A DNA stretch of 63,205 bases, filler included, from a bacterium (GTDB taxonomy: Bacteria > JALSQH01): NCBI GenBank assembly GCA_027004335.1. It is 11 parts of 11 records of this genome, joined end to end, with 100 filler letters (N's around TTAATTAATTAA, not from the genome) between each part and the next. Parts side by side here need not be neighbours in the genome. Positions count along the whole stretch, not along the records: positions 41,650 to 48,182 come from JALTID010000234.1; positions 48,283 to 54,765 come from JALTID010000235.1; 9 more parts are not named here. The stretch is one strand, 5' to 3'. The notes beneath the pieces were generated by a model that saw nothing but the letters and a program-made list of their open reading frames with translations, was not told where the DNA came from and ran no database searches. How positions within the stretch are numbered: position 1 is the stretch's first letter; each line of letters opens with the position of its first letter. The position numbers and the translations under genes are program-made. Shown here in pieces: positions 43,164 through 53,175 of this stretch.

Positions 43164-43859
43164 ATGGAAGAGAAAAACTTTGCAATTATTGTAGCAGGGG
43201 GTAAAGGTGAAAGATTGGGAGGAAAGATTCCGAAGCAGTTTCAGTATCTCAGGGGCAAAACTGTGATCGAACACACAATAGATCATTTTGAAAAGTGTGA
43301 ACTAATAGATGAAATCGTGGTGGTGATCAATCCCATATTTATTGAAACAATGTATGATATAAGAAAAAATAATAGATGGAAAAAAGTTACAAAAATTGTT
43401 TCCGGGGGAGAGACTCGCCAGGAAAGTGTAAAAAATGGACTCGTTTCAATCAGTGAAAATTCGGGTAAGGTGCTGATCCACGACGGTGTCAGGCCACTAA
43501 TCTCGGCAGACCTTATCAGGAAGCTCATAGAAAAACTCTCATCAGAAAAAGCGGTTATCCCGATAATTTTTCCCAGAGATTCTATGGTAAAAATTGATAA
43601 TTCTACCGTGGAAGAATTTGTTAAAAGAGACAGTTTCGCTCAGATCCAGACACCCCAGGGATTTAATCTCAAGGTGATTAAAAAAGCACATGACTTAGCA
43701 TGGAAAGAGGGGAGGAGAGATTTTACTGATGATTCTTCTATGATAACTCACTATAATTTAGGCAGGATCAGCGTAGTTGAAGGAGATTACTATAACATAA
43801 AAATTACCTATCCAGGGGATCTTGAACTGATCAACTGCATAATGGAAGATATTGAATAG
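43164..43859 (+). CDS. ispD: IspD/TarI family cytidylyltransferase
   Basis: AGGKGERLG, PKQF, GGETRQES, IHDGVRP, QTPQGF, TDD and NIKIT motifs. Confidence 0.8.
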   Translation: MEEKNFAIIVAGGKGERLGGKIPKQFQYLRGKTVIEHTIDHFEKCELIDEIVVVINPIFIETMYDIRKNNRWKKVTKIVSGGETRQESVKNGLVSISENSGKVLIHDGVRPLISADLIRKLIEKLSSEKAVIPIIFPRDSMVKIDNSTVEEFVKRDSFAQIQTPQGFNLKVIKKAHDLAWKEGRRDFTDDSSMITHYNLGRISVVEGDYYNIKITYPGDLELINCIMEDIE

Positions 43860-43864
43860 GAGTC

Positions 43865-44746
43865 TTAAAATCTACCTTCTTCCTCTTTCACCACCCTGAG
43901 AAGATACTCACCATAAGTGCTCTTTCTCAGTTCTTCTGCTAAGTTATCCAGCTGTTCAAGGGTAATATAACCCATCCTGTATGCCACCTCTTCTACACAG
44001 CCAATTTTAAAAGCCTGTCTATCCTCAATTGCTCTTACAAAAGTAGAAGATTCTATAAATGCCTCATGGGTCCCGGCATCAAACCAGGCAAAGCCCCTGC
44101 CCAGAATTTTTACTTTGAGTCTACCTTCCTTAAGATAGAGTTGATTAACACTTGTTATCTCCAGTTCCCCTCTATCAGATGGAGTTATATTTCTGGCCTT
44201 TTCCGATGCACCTCTGTCGTAGATATAAAGTCCAACAACAGCAATATTGGATTTTGGCTTACTGGGTTTTTCCTCAATAGAGAGCACATTATAATCTTTA
44301 TCAAATTCAACTATTCCGAATCTCTCAGGATCCTTCACATAATAGCCAAAAACCGTTGCACCCTCGTTTTCCTCCACGGCAGATTTTAGAATAACCGGCA
44401 AATCATGACCGTAGAAAATATTATCTCCCAGTATGAGGGCCACCGAATCATCACCAACAAAATTTTCTCCAATAATAAGGGCTTCAGCAATACCCCTGGG
44501 AGCTTCCTGGACCGCATACTCTATTCTTAAACCAAGTTTTTCACCACTGCCAAAAAGGGCGGAAAAGTGATCTATGTCCTTTGGTGAGGAAATAATCAGA
44601 ATATCCTTGATCCCCATAAACATCAGGGTAGTCATGGGATAATAGATCATCGGCTTATCATAGATGGGAAGAAGATGTTTGTTTATTATTTTTGTAACAG
44701 GATAAAGCCTCGTGCCACTTCCACCAGCGAGAAGAATACCTTTCAT
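43865..44746 (-). CDS. rfbA: Glucose-1-phosphate thymidylyltransferase
   Basis: [23 protein letters not shown] and RGELEIT motifs. Confidence 0.95.
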   Translation of the reverse strand: MKGILLAGGSGTRLYPVTKIINKHLLPIYDKPMIYYPMTTLMFMGIKDILIISSPKDIDHFSALFGSGEKLGLRIEYAVQEAPRGIAEALIIGENFVGDDSVALILGDNIFYGHDLPVILKSAVEENEGATVFGYYVKDPERFGIVEFDKDYNVLSIEEKPSKPKSNIAVVGLYIYDRGASEKARNITPSDRGELEITSVNQLYLKEGRLKVKILGRGFAWFDAGTHEAFIESSTFVRAIEDRQAFKIGCVEEVAYRMGYITLEQLDNLAEELRKSTYGEYLLRVVKEEEGRF

Positions 44747-44801
44747 ATCTCCCTCCAGAAATTTTTTATAAATTATAACAGAAAAAATCAAAGGGAAATA
44801 G

Positions 44802-45524
44802 TTAACCCCAGATTACAATGGAGAGTCCGGTAAAAAAGAGGAGGTAATAGACAACTCCACGGAAGGTTCTCTCATTTACCCTGTGATGTAGAAACTCCCC
44901 GAGGATCAACCCAATAGCAACAACAATAAGAAGATACCCCGCCCGTGTGAGAGTCGCCAAATTAAAAATACCCGTCACAAAATAAGAAATAATAAGCAGA
45001 ACATCCATCAGCACCCATAATCCATCCAGGGTGCTTCGGAAAGTAGTTCTATCTATACCCAATTTTCCTATTACATAAACTACAAGAGGACCGCTGGAAG
45101 CGTAAATCCCATGTACTATTCCTGCAATAAAAAGAAATATTAACGCTGTAAGGGAAGAAAGAGGTCTTTCATTTTTTTTATAAAAATTATAAAGCTCAAA
45201 AAGGGCAAGTGAAACTACAACTGCACCAAATAATCTTTTGGATTCAGCACCTACCGTGTTAAAAATAATCTGACCTATCACAAAACCCACACTCATAGCT
45301 GGCAGAATCTTTTTCAGCAGAATCGAAAAATCAATAAACTTAAAATACCTGTACAGAATAAAACTGTTCAGGAGAAAATCAAGCAGAACAAGGACAGGAA
45401 GAACTTCCTTTATGGGGAGAAAAAGGGAAGCAAGAGTAACAGCTATTATTATGCTCCCGAATCCAGTCATAGCCTGAATGGTGAAGGAGAGAAAAACCAC
45501 TGGCGCCAGGAGCAAAAGTTCCAT
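44802..45524 (-). CDS. TauE/SafE sulfite exporter family protein
   Basis: MTGFGS, ~8 TM segments, GP motif, FRSTL. Confidence 0.8.
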   Translation of the reverse strand: MELLLLAPVVFLSFTIQAMTGFGSIIIAVTLASLFLPIKEVLPVLVLLDFLLNSFILYRYFKFIDFSILLKKILPAMSVGFVIGQIIFNTVGAESKRLFGAVVVSLALFELYNFYKKNERPLSSLTALIFLFIAGIVHGIYASSGPLVVYVIGKLGIDRTTFRSTLDGLWVLMDVLLIISYFVTGIFNLATLTRAGYLLIVVAIGLILGEFLHHRVNERTFRGVVYYLLFFTGLSIVIWG

Positions 45525-45541
45525 TTAAATAACCCAGAATT

Positions 45542-46906
45542 CTAAAATTTAGGTTTCTGTATGAGGCCAAATAATTTCAGGAGTGCGACAAAGAAGAAGA
45601 AGAAACCAAAATATATTAAAGTAACTTCAATTGCAGAAAGCTTCCAGGAAAAAGGAGCAAGATTAACAACAGTTGTAAGAACAAAAATTATGGGTACAGC
45701 GAAAATATTCATGAATCCAATCTCTTTTACAACAGGGGTCTTAAACTCCGGATCAACAATCCTCAGCAGGAGAATCCCAGTAGACACAGTACCTGTAACA
45801 GTCCCGAAAATTGCAGCCATTCTCTCAATGTTAAAGGAGTGGAGCCTCCTTCCAAAATAAAGCGTTATCCAGAGAGTAACAAGTGCTCCAAGAGTTGCGA
45901 TTATGAGGATAGGCCCGATATATTTACCAATAATTGCCAATTGAATTGCCGCACCTGTAGCCACGATCAGATAATCTACAGAAAATCCGGTGATTCTCCT
46001 TTGAAGAGGAACACTTATAAGATAATCAACTTTAAAAACCTTGAGTAGCCATTGAATCCCCATAGCTATAACCATGCCAAAGAGGAAGAAAAATCCCCAG
46101 GTTATTTTCCCCATATTACCACCGATCAACCCTGCAAGCCACCATGTAAAGTAGTAAGTTATTCCATATGCAATACCTATCATGGCAAACTGAAAGGCAA
46201 GAGATTCAATATTGGCAGGATGAGTGGTTTGTCTTATAGTTATATCTTCCTCATGGCCAGGGGGATAGTACCCTTTAGCAAACTCTTCGGGTAATTCTTC
46301 CGCGCCAGTTGCAGTGAGTTTCTTTTTAATTCCCCAATTAACAAGAGGAATACCAACGACAATTGCAACTAAAAAACCAAGAATTGCAAAGGTTATACCT
46401 ACCATAGCCGCATCCTGAAATCCCATCTTCTCCCATACCCTCCCGAAGGAGAGAGCCTGTCCAGGACCTTCTTCAAAGCCCAGAGGAAGGAGAAAACCAA
46501 AGGCTTTATGTATGGTAGAACCAAAGAATATATAGATGGCAACCACCAATCCCCCTATAAACGCCTGTAATGAAAAACTCACACCTTCCACTGTACCCAT
46601 CCAGAGGGAACCTAAAAAAGAGTCCCTGCTTTCATGGGCAGAGAGTTTTTCTTCAGGGGGGGTAGGAGTTAGTCCTATGGAAACAAAAGAAAGATTGAAA
46701 AAATGGTAGGCAAATGTCTCAAAAATCTTTGTATCCCACTTTAACCAGTTTACAATAGTAAAAGCAATGATCCCCCCAAGAAGTGAACTTGGAAAGAGAT
46801 ACCTCTGTATGACTCCTACCTTTGCTCTGATGAGAAATCCCACCAGGAGCATCGCAGACAGAAAGCTGAAAATTAGCATAAAATTGAAGGGGAATATAGG
46901 TTCCAT
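45542..46906 (-). CDS. GltS-like Na+/glutamate symporter family protein
   Basis: PSSLLGG, GFEEGPG and GTVTGTVSTGILLLRIVDP motifs; multi-TM. Confidence 0.75.
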   Translation of the reverse strand: MEPIFPFNFMLIFSFLSAMLLVGFLIRAKVGVIQRYLFPSSLLGGIIAFTIVNWLKWDTKIFETFAYHFFNLSFVSIGLTPTPPEEKLSAHESRDSFLGSLWMGTVEGVSFSLQAFIGGLVVAIYIFFGSTIHKAFGFLLPLGFEEGPGQALSFGRVWEKMGFQDAAMVGITFAILGFLVAIVVGIPLVNWGIKKKLTATGAEELPEEFAKGYYPPGHEEDITIRQTTHPANIESLAFQFAMIGIAYGITYYFTWWLAGLIGGNMGKITWGFFFLFGMVIAMGIQWLLKVFKVDYLISVPLQRRITGFSVDYLIVATGAAIQLAIIGKYIGPILIIATLGALVTLWITLYFGRRLHSFNIERMAAIFGTVTGTVSTGILLLRIVDPEFKTPVVKEIGFMNIFAVPIIFVLTTVVNLAPFSWKLSAIEVTLIYFGFFFFFVALLKLFGLIQKPKF

Positions 46907-46920
46907 AACTCCTCCCTATT

Positions 46921-48182
46921 TTATCTGAACATGTAATTTGAAAACTCAACTAACAGCGTTTCTCTCATCTCAGGGGGCAATATGTTCATAACTTCATTTA
47001 CAGGTGCGAATCTCTCGGGGATCTTACCATCCTCCATTCCTACAAGTTTCATCAGATTTTCAATTACCTCAGGGGTAAACTCAAGAGATTCTCCACCGGC
47101 AAAAAGTCCCCCCGCCTTCTCAAGAAGGGTTCCTGATGGAAGTTTCTTTGCATCCTCAATGGCAACTTTAAGATCCTTTAGAAATTCATCCATATGAAAT
47201 ACATTGGAGTAATTAATTGAGAGGTGTATACTTTCTTTTATCCCCGCATATGAGAGAACAGGCTGTATATACCAGCCTTTTAGATTCATCTCATCAATTA
47301 TGTGGAAGATATTCACATTATCTGATGTAAAAGCAACAAGGGTCATTTCAGGCTCAGCAATCAATCTGAGGTCAGGATGTTTCTTTACAAAATTTACCAC
47401 TTTTTCCGTAGCTTCCAGTTTTTTCTTCGTAAAATCAAGATAACGCTCGAGTCCCACATACTGAAGAGTAGCCCAGGCAGCAGCTAACGGTCCTGTACTC
47501 TTGGTGCTCTGGATCGTATTATTGATCATGGTGTAGCCAGTCCAGCTGGCACATGCGAAGATCTGATGTTTTCTCAATTCCTTATTTTTGTAAAGTACAA
47601 CTGAAGCACCTTTTGGGGTGTAGGCGTATTTGTGGAGATCCATGGAGATGGATGTAACTCCATCTACAGAAAAATCAAACGGGGGAACATCTCTACCAAG
47701 CTTTCTCATTAGAGGAAGTAGAAATCCCCCCATACAGGCATCAGTATGAAAGAGGATCTCCTTTTCCTTCGCTATGGCAGCCATCTCTTCAATAGGATCA
47801 ATTATTCCATATGCGTAACTTGGAGCTGAACCAACTATCAGAATCGTGTTATCCGTTATCGCCTCCCTGAGTTGATTTAGATCCGCTTTTAAATTTTCAT
47901 CAACCCCTATGGTCTTAACCTTTACACCAAGATAATGACCGGCCTTGTGAAAAGCTGCATGAGCCGTAACAGGAACCAGGACTTCAGGCTCTTTTATATC
48001 AGGCCTTTTTTCTCTCATATAATTTCTTGCTGTTTTAACAGCTAAAATTATACTTTCCGTACCACCACTGGTGAAATTTCCAGAAACATTTTCATCTCCG
48101 CCAAGATGAGCAGCAGCAAATGAGATTATATCATTTTCCATTTTTAATATGCTTGGATAAACTGTAAAATCCAGTGCATTTT
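46921..48182 (-). CDS. Group II PLP enzyme, sphingosine-1-phosphate lyase-like (5' truncated)
   Basis: NALD..YP, TSGGTESI, AHAAFHKA, HTDACMGG and DLHKYAYTPKG motifs. Confidence 0.85.
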
Positions 48183-48282
48183 NNNNNNNNNNNNNNNNNN
48201 NNNNNNNNNNNNNNNNNNNNNNNNNNTTAATTAATTAANNNNNNNNNNNNNNNNNNNNNNNNNNNNNNNNNNNNNNNNNNNN

Positions 48283-48409
48283 AGCAGCAAGCCTTATTAA
48301 AATACCTGAGATGAAGTCTTATGAAAAAATAGAGGATAGAACTCTGGTCTTGATAGATTTGTCTAAAAAAGCGATAAAGCAGATATGTGATTTTGTGAAC
48401 TGGATCCTT
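48283..48409 (+). repeat. 127-nt exact copy of 63079-63205 (assembly k-mer overlap)
   Basis: AGCAGCAAGCC...GAACTGGATCCTT present at both contig ends. Confidence 0.95.
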
Positions 48410-48481
48410 ATAGATAAACTTGATGAAGAGAAAGCTGGATATGAAAAAGCAGAAGATAAGAAAATCTATAATAACAAATAA
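48283..48481 (+). pseudogene. C-terminal part of the truncated SDH/Clp-fold serine protease that starts at 62969
   Basis: The reading frame continues through the overlap ...VNWILIDKLDEEKAGYEKAEDKKIYNNK*, TAA at 48479-48481. Confidence 0.7.
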
Positions 48482-48495
48482 AAAATGGAGGAACT

Positions 48496-49480
48496 ATGGA
48501 AGTAAAGATTGTGAAAAAGGAAAATATCAAGTTGAGTAACAGAGATGAGAGGATACTTGAAAAGAAACTGGAAAAGCTTGAGAAAATCCTGGGAAAATTT
48601 GGTGCAAACAGTGAATCTACACTAAAAATTGAGATTAATCAGAGCAGTAAGAGAAAAGATTTTCTTTTGAAGGCTTATCTGCACTTAATGGGAAATATTG
48701 ACATTGTGGCTTCCAACAATCATTCTCAGCTTTCCTTTGCCATTGATGGGCTTTTTAAATCTCTTCTAAAAGAGATCAAGAGAAAAAAGGAAAAAATCAT
48801 AGAATCTCACAGGATTGAAAAAGAAGAGAAATTAGCGTATCTTATGAGCAGGGTTTCCCCGGAAGCTCAGAAAACCCTGAAAGATCTCCGTCCAGATCTA
48901 ATAAAATTTGCCAGAAGAATGGCTGTTGCTCATCTCCTGAATGATATGGAAAGCCTGGAAATGGTAGATGTTGATGAAATTGTTGGTGAAGCTATTAAGC
49001 GATCCACAGATGAAGGGCTATTTAAATCTTTTAGTGCCAATAAGAAATTACTTTATCAGAAGATTTCTGAAATTCTTAAGGAAAGAATCGAATCTCTGAC
49101 ACAGTCCTCTGAGGAGGAAGTCAGTATTGAGGAAGATATTCCTCTTGAACCTCCTGAGGAGGAAGTTTCTGATCTTGGCAGTGAAANNNNNNNNNNATGC
49201 ATGGCTAAAACTTGAGGATCTCATCCCTGCTGTAAATGCTGAGGGTGAACTTGAAGATGTACCTGATCTAACTGCCATAAAAGAAGAGATTTCTGAAAGA
49301 ATAAAGGGAATACTTCCAGAATTTTCCCCTGTGGAGAGAAAAATTCTTGCCCTTTTCATATTTGATGAGTTTGAACCTTATGAGATCGCTATGATTTTGA
49401 ATAAGAAAACAGAAGATGTTAGAGAGATTCTGATAAGATCACTTAAAAAACTTTTTAAGGAGTTATCAGGAGAGAGATGA
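48496..49480 (+). CDS. HPF/RaiA (S30AE) domain fused to a sigma70-like C-terminal region; one gene split by a 10-N gap
   Basis: N-term: ERILEKKLEKLEK, three strands, LSFAIDGLFKSLLKEIKR (HPF fold); C-term: FSPVERKILALFIFDEFEPYEIAMIL...VREILIRSLKKL (region 4 HTH); GGAGG RBS. Confidence 0.7.
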
Positions 49481-50811
49481 AAAAGAAGTTTTTGCTTTTT
49501 AGTGTCATATTACTGCTAATTATGAGTAGTTGTGGGAATAAAAAGAAAAGTAATAGTGAAGAGGTGTATCTTTCTACTTCCTTTCCGATGCTAACTTATT
49601 CATTGGATGTTCCTTCTGATGGTGCGTATTATCTTTCAGTTTCAATTCACGGGGATAATTTTGCGTGGAACAGATCCTCCTGTCCTTCAGTGGTGATTGA
49701 TGTTTTCCGAAGCAGGAATGTATGGGCTGGTTCTCTAATTCTCTGGGATCCTAATTTTGAGTATACCCTGTTTTTAGGTGATCTTAAAAAAGGTTCAGAA
49801 AGTTTAACCTTTAAATTTTCTCCAGAAAAGTCTCCATGTAGTGATGCAAAAATTGAAATTAATAAGCTGCAACTTGTTAAGTTTTCCGGTATCTCAGAAG
49901 CATGCATCGCAAATGTACCTTACCTCCTTGGTTATAAAAAAACCCTTACTCTTGATGGGAAAGATTTTCCCTATAACACAATGTCTGATCTACCCCTTTT
50001 TTGGGTTTGTAAGAAGGAGGGGGAAAGATTGGAATATATTCTTTACTATTCAAATGAAGATGGTGGAACCGGGGTTTTTCCTGGTGTGTTAATGTATACA
50101 TGGGGGAGAGTAGCAGATATTGAAAATGCATTTACTGTGGATTTAGGAAGTGATAAGGAGTATATGAGAGACAACGAAACTGAGGATACCCTTTTTCAGG
50201 GAGAGAATTACCTCGGTCATCCCCTTTTGATGGTTTCTCCCGAGGATCATGGGCTTGTGACCGAGGGGAAAATAGAGGATGATACCAAACAGTTGCTTTT
50301 TGCTCTGCCTGTATATCCGGCAGTGAACTCTGCTCCTACGAGAGAAGATTACCTTGATATGGAACCCTGGACCTATCTTATAATGGAATGGGAGATGGAG
50401 AGAGAGGGAAAAATAACAACTGAAGAATCAAAACTCAGTGATCAGTGTGACTTTCTCGCTCCTCTTGATTATTATCTTTACCTTGATCTTTATATTTCTG
50501 ACGAAACAAAGATAGCAATGGATGTGAAACTCTCCAGCGGAGATGAAATTACAAATAACTCCTCGGGGTTGAGCTGGAATTTTTCAGGGTGGAAAAGGGT
50601 GGTTTTGAAATTACCTGAGGAGGTAAAATTGAAAAACATAGAAGAGATCCGCATGGTAAATTTAGGTGATACTAAAGTAAAAGTAGAAATAGGCAAGCTC
50701 TTTTATCTTAACAGAGATTTCTCTACTCTTCATTACATAGTTCCTTCCAATTCCCCTATCTCTTCAGAGTTATCACCTCATGAAGATTGGTTACTTCATC
50801 CTATCAGGTGA
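49477..50811 (+). CDS. Hypothetical lipoprotein
   Basis: Lipobox MSSC; ATGA overlap with the upstream gene; YSNEDGGT...WGR..DIE motif. Confidence 0.65.
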   Translation: MKKKFLLFSVILLLIMSSCGNKKKSNSEEVYLSTSFPMLTYSLDVPSDGAYYLSVSIHGDNFAWNRSSCPSVVIDVFRSRNVWAGSLILWDPNFEYTLFLGDLKKGSESLTFKFSPEKSPCSDAKIEINKLQLVKFSGISEACIANVPYLLGYKKTLTLDGKDFPYNTMSDLPLFWVCKKEGERLEYILYYSNEDGGTGVFPGVLMYTWGRVADIENAFTVDLGSDKEYMRDNETEDTLFQGENYLGHPLLMVSPEDHGLVTEGKIEDDTKQLLFALPVYPAVNSAPTREDYLDMEPWTYLIMEWEMEREGKITTEESKLSDQCDFLAPLDYYLYLDLYISDETKIAMDVKLSSGDEITNNSSGLSWNFSGWKRVVLKLPEEVKLKNIEEIRMVNLGDTKVKVEIGKLFYLNRDFSTLHYIVPSNSPISSELSPHEDWLLHPIR

Positions 50812-52638
50812 AGAAGATTTATTTTCCTCTATTTCGTTCAGATTCTTGGGGAGTTTTATCGTGAAAGTAGTGCCTTCTCCTTTTTTAGATTCAACACCAA
50901 TTTCTCCATAGTGATCTTGAATGATTCTGGAGGAGATACTTAACCCCAGTCCTGTGCCTTTTCCAGGAGGTTTTGTTGTAAAAAAGGGATCAAAAATTCT
51001 GGAAAGGGCTTCTTCAGAGATACCAATCCCATTATCTGAGATTTTAACATATTGAAATTTTGCATCTTCCCATGCTGTTATCTCAATTTTTCCCTTTTCT
51101 CCTTTTTCTGTTACCGCATCAGCTGCATTGTTTAAAAGGTTAATAAATACCTGGGTTAACTGATTTGGGTAGCAGAATATCGGTCTTAATTTTGGGATAT
51201 TCATTTTTATTTCAGGCACATATTTAAGTTTAGTATGAGCAAAGTCTATGGCATCTTTAAGGATTGAAGAGAGGCTTATCATTTCTATTGATCCCTTTTC
51301 AGTTCTGCTGAGTTTTTTGAGTCCAGAAATTATCTTCTTGGTATGTTCAATTCCCTTATTAGACTCAGATATTAGATTTTGAATATCTGAAAGGATAAAA
51401 TCAATTTCTTCATTATTTACGACTTCTTTTATTTTTTCACATGCTCCTTCTCCTGTTAGTTGCCTTATCATTTTTATGCTCCCCCCCATCTCTTCAAGAT
51501 ATTCTTGCATAGAAAAAATATTACTTGTTACATATCCCAGGGCGTTATTCAGTTCGTGAGCTATTCCTGCAGAAAGTTCTCCTATAACAGCGATCTTTTC
51601 TGTTTCAATTAACTTTGATTGAGTTGCTTTCAATTCTTTTATTGTTTTTTCAAGTTCTCTGGTTCTTTCAATTATCTTGTCTTCCAATTCCATATTCATC
51701 TTATCTAGTTCAAGATTGACTTTGACCACTTCTTTTATCAGAGCAGCTCTTTCCAGAGCTCCAGCTATTAGGTTTGAAAGAGATTGAAGAGCAGACAGGT
51801 AACCACCTTGTCTGAATTTTTTTATGTTCTTAATATTGATTAATTCCCCAACTCCGATTACTGTTCCATCAGATTTTAATATGGGGACTGCTACAATATT
51901 TTTAGTGGTGAATCCTGAGCGAGTGTCCACTATCCGTGCAAATCTTGGGTCTGAGTAAAGATCATCTACAATTATTGGTTTCTTATTTGTAAAACACCAT
52001 CCAGCTATCCCCTGATCTTTTTTTAACTTTACCGATTTGACCTTTGGATCTCCTCCCACAGTGGTATAGAAAATAAGTGCATCTTCTTTCTCATCGTAGG
52101 TTAAGATGGTGCTTCCTTCACACTGAAATATCGTTTTGACTGAAGTGAGGACATTTTTTAGTATTATTTCTTTTTCCATAGCAGAATTGATCTGGTTGGA
52201 TGTTTCTAAAAGGAGATTAAGAAGCTGGATTTTTTCCCTTAGATTTTCAGTGAGCCTCTCGTTTTCTTTTAAGATTTTTAGCCGGTTAAGGGCATTTTTT
52301 GTGACAAACTCCACTTCATGAGGATCAGGGGGCTTGGGGATAAAGTCAATAACTCCAGATCTGAGTGCCTTTAAAATAGTGTCTCTGTCCTTTTTAGCTG
52401 AAATAAGAACAACCCCGGTAGATGGAAATCTCTTCCTTAATGAGTCCAGATGATCAAAGGCATTTTCACCGGGGAAAAGAATATCAAGAAGAATTAAATC
52501 TATCTGAGTACCTTCCAGAATTTCCCACATTTCTTTAAGAGAAAGTGCTGTAAAAATTTCATATTTAAAAGGGATAAGAATATCCTTCAGAAATTCTACC
52601 ATATATTTTTCATCATCTACAATCAGAATTGATGGCAT
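50791..52638 (-). CDS. Hybrid sensor histidine kinase (REC-GAF-HisKA-HATPase)
   Basis: LIVDD/LLD/KP receiver; GIAGW GAF; AHELNN, NLLNNA, DNGIG and [15 protein letters not shown]. Confidence 0.92.
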   Translation of the reverse strand: MPSILIVDDEKYMVEFLKDILIPFKYEIFTALSLKEMWEILEGTQIDLILLDILFPGENAFDHLDSLRKRFPSTGVVLISAKKDRDTILKALRSGVIDFIPKPPDPHEVEFVTKNALNRLKILKENERLTENLREKIQLLNLLLETSNQINSAMEKEIILKNVLTSVKTIFQCEGSTILTYDEKEDALIFYTTVGGDPKVKSVKLKKDQGIAGWCFTNKKPIIVDDLYSDPRFARIVDTRSGFTTKNIVAVPILKSDGTVIGVGELINIKNIKKFRQGGYLSALQSLSNLIAGALERAALIKEVVKVNLELDKMNMELEDKIIERTRELEKTIKELKATQSKLIETEKIAVIGELSAGIAHELNNALGYVTSNIFSMQEYLEEMGGSIKMIRQLTGEGACEKIKEVVNNEEIDFILSDIQNLISESNKGIEHTKKIISGLKKLSRTEKGSIEMISLSSILKDAIDFAHTKLKYVPEIKMNIPKLRPIFCYPNQLTQVFINLLNNAADAVTEKGEKGKIEITAWEDAKFQYVKISDNGIGISEEALSRIFDPFFTTKPPGKGTGLGLSISSRIIQDHYGEIGVESKKGEGTTFTIKLPKNLNEIEENKSSSPDRMK

Positions 52639-53159
52639 TATTCTTCCTCTGTATCATCAAGGATAATTCTACCTTCTTCGTCCTTTTTAACTTTTGTGAT
52701 ACCTGGATATTCTTTTTCCAGTGAATCAATTAGATTTTTTGCTTTTTCAAGTTGATCAAGTAACTTCCTGTGTTCCCTTTCAAGCCTCAGGTGTTCAGAT
52801 GCCAATCTCAGAGAAAGCCTTAACTCTTCATCATCCCATGGTTTTAAGAAAAATCTATAAATCTCTCCTTCATTTATTGCTTCTGCGGCGACTTCAAGAT
52901 CTGCCTGACCCGTGAGCATTATTCTTATGGTGTCAGGATAATTTTCTCTGATCCATTTCAGGAATTCAAGCCCGTTTGTCCCTGGCATTTTAAAATCGGA
53001 GACAACTATGTCAAATGGTTTCTCATAAAATTTGTCAGCGGCCTCTTTTGCACTGGTAGCCGTTTCAATTTCGTATGGTTCTTTCCGCAGTGATCTTCTC
53101 AATGCACTGAGTATATTTTCCTCATCGTCAACCAGAAGTAACCTTAATTTTTTCTCCAT
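52638..53159 (-). CDS. Response regulator (receiver plus short coiled tail)
   Basis: LLVDDE, SDFKMP, MLTG and KPW motifs. Confidence 0.9.
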   Translation of the reverse strand: MEKKLRLLLVDDEENILSALRRSLRKEPYEIETATSAKEAADKFYEKPFDIVVSDFKMPGTNGLEFLKWIRENYPDTIRIMLTGQADLEVAAEAINEGEIYRFFLKPWDDEELRLSLRLASEHLRLEREHRKLLDQLEKAKNLIDSLEKEYPGITKVKKDEEGRIILDDTEEE

Positions 53160-53175
53160 TTTTTCCTCCCTGGTT

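Noticed and set aside
49187-49196. Apparent frameshift splitting the HPF-sigma gene
   Set aside because: It coincides with a 10-N scaffold gap of arbitrary length, so it is not evidence of recoding or pseudogenisation.
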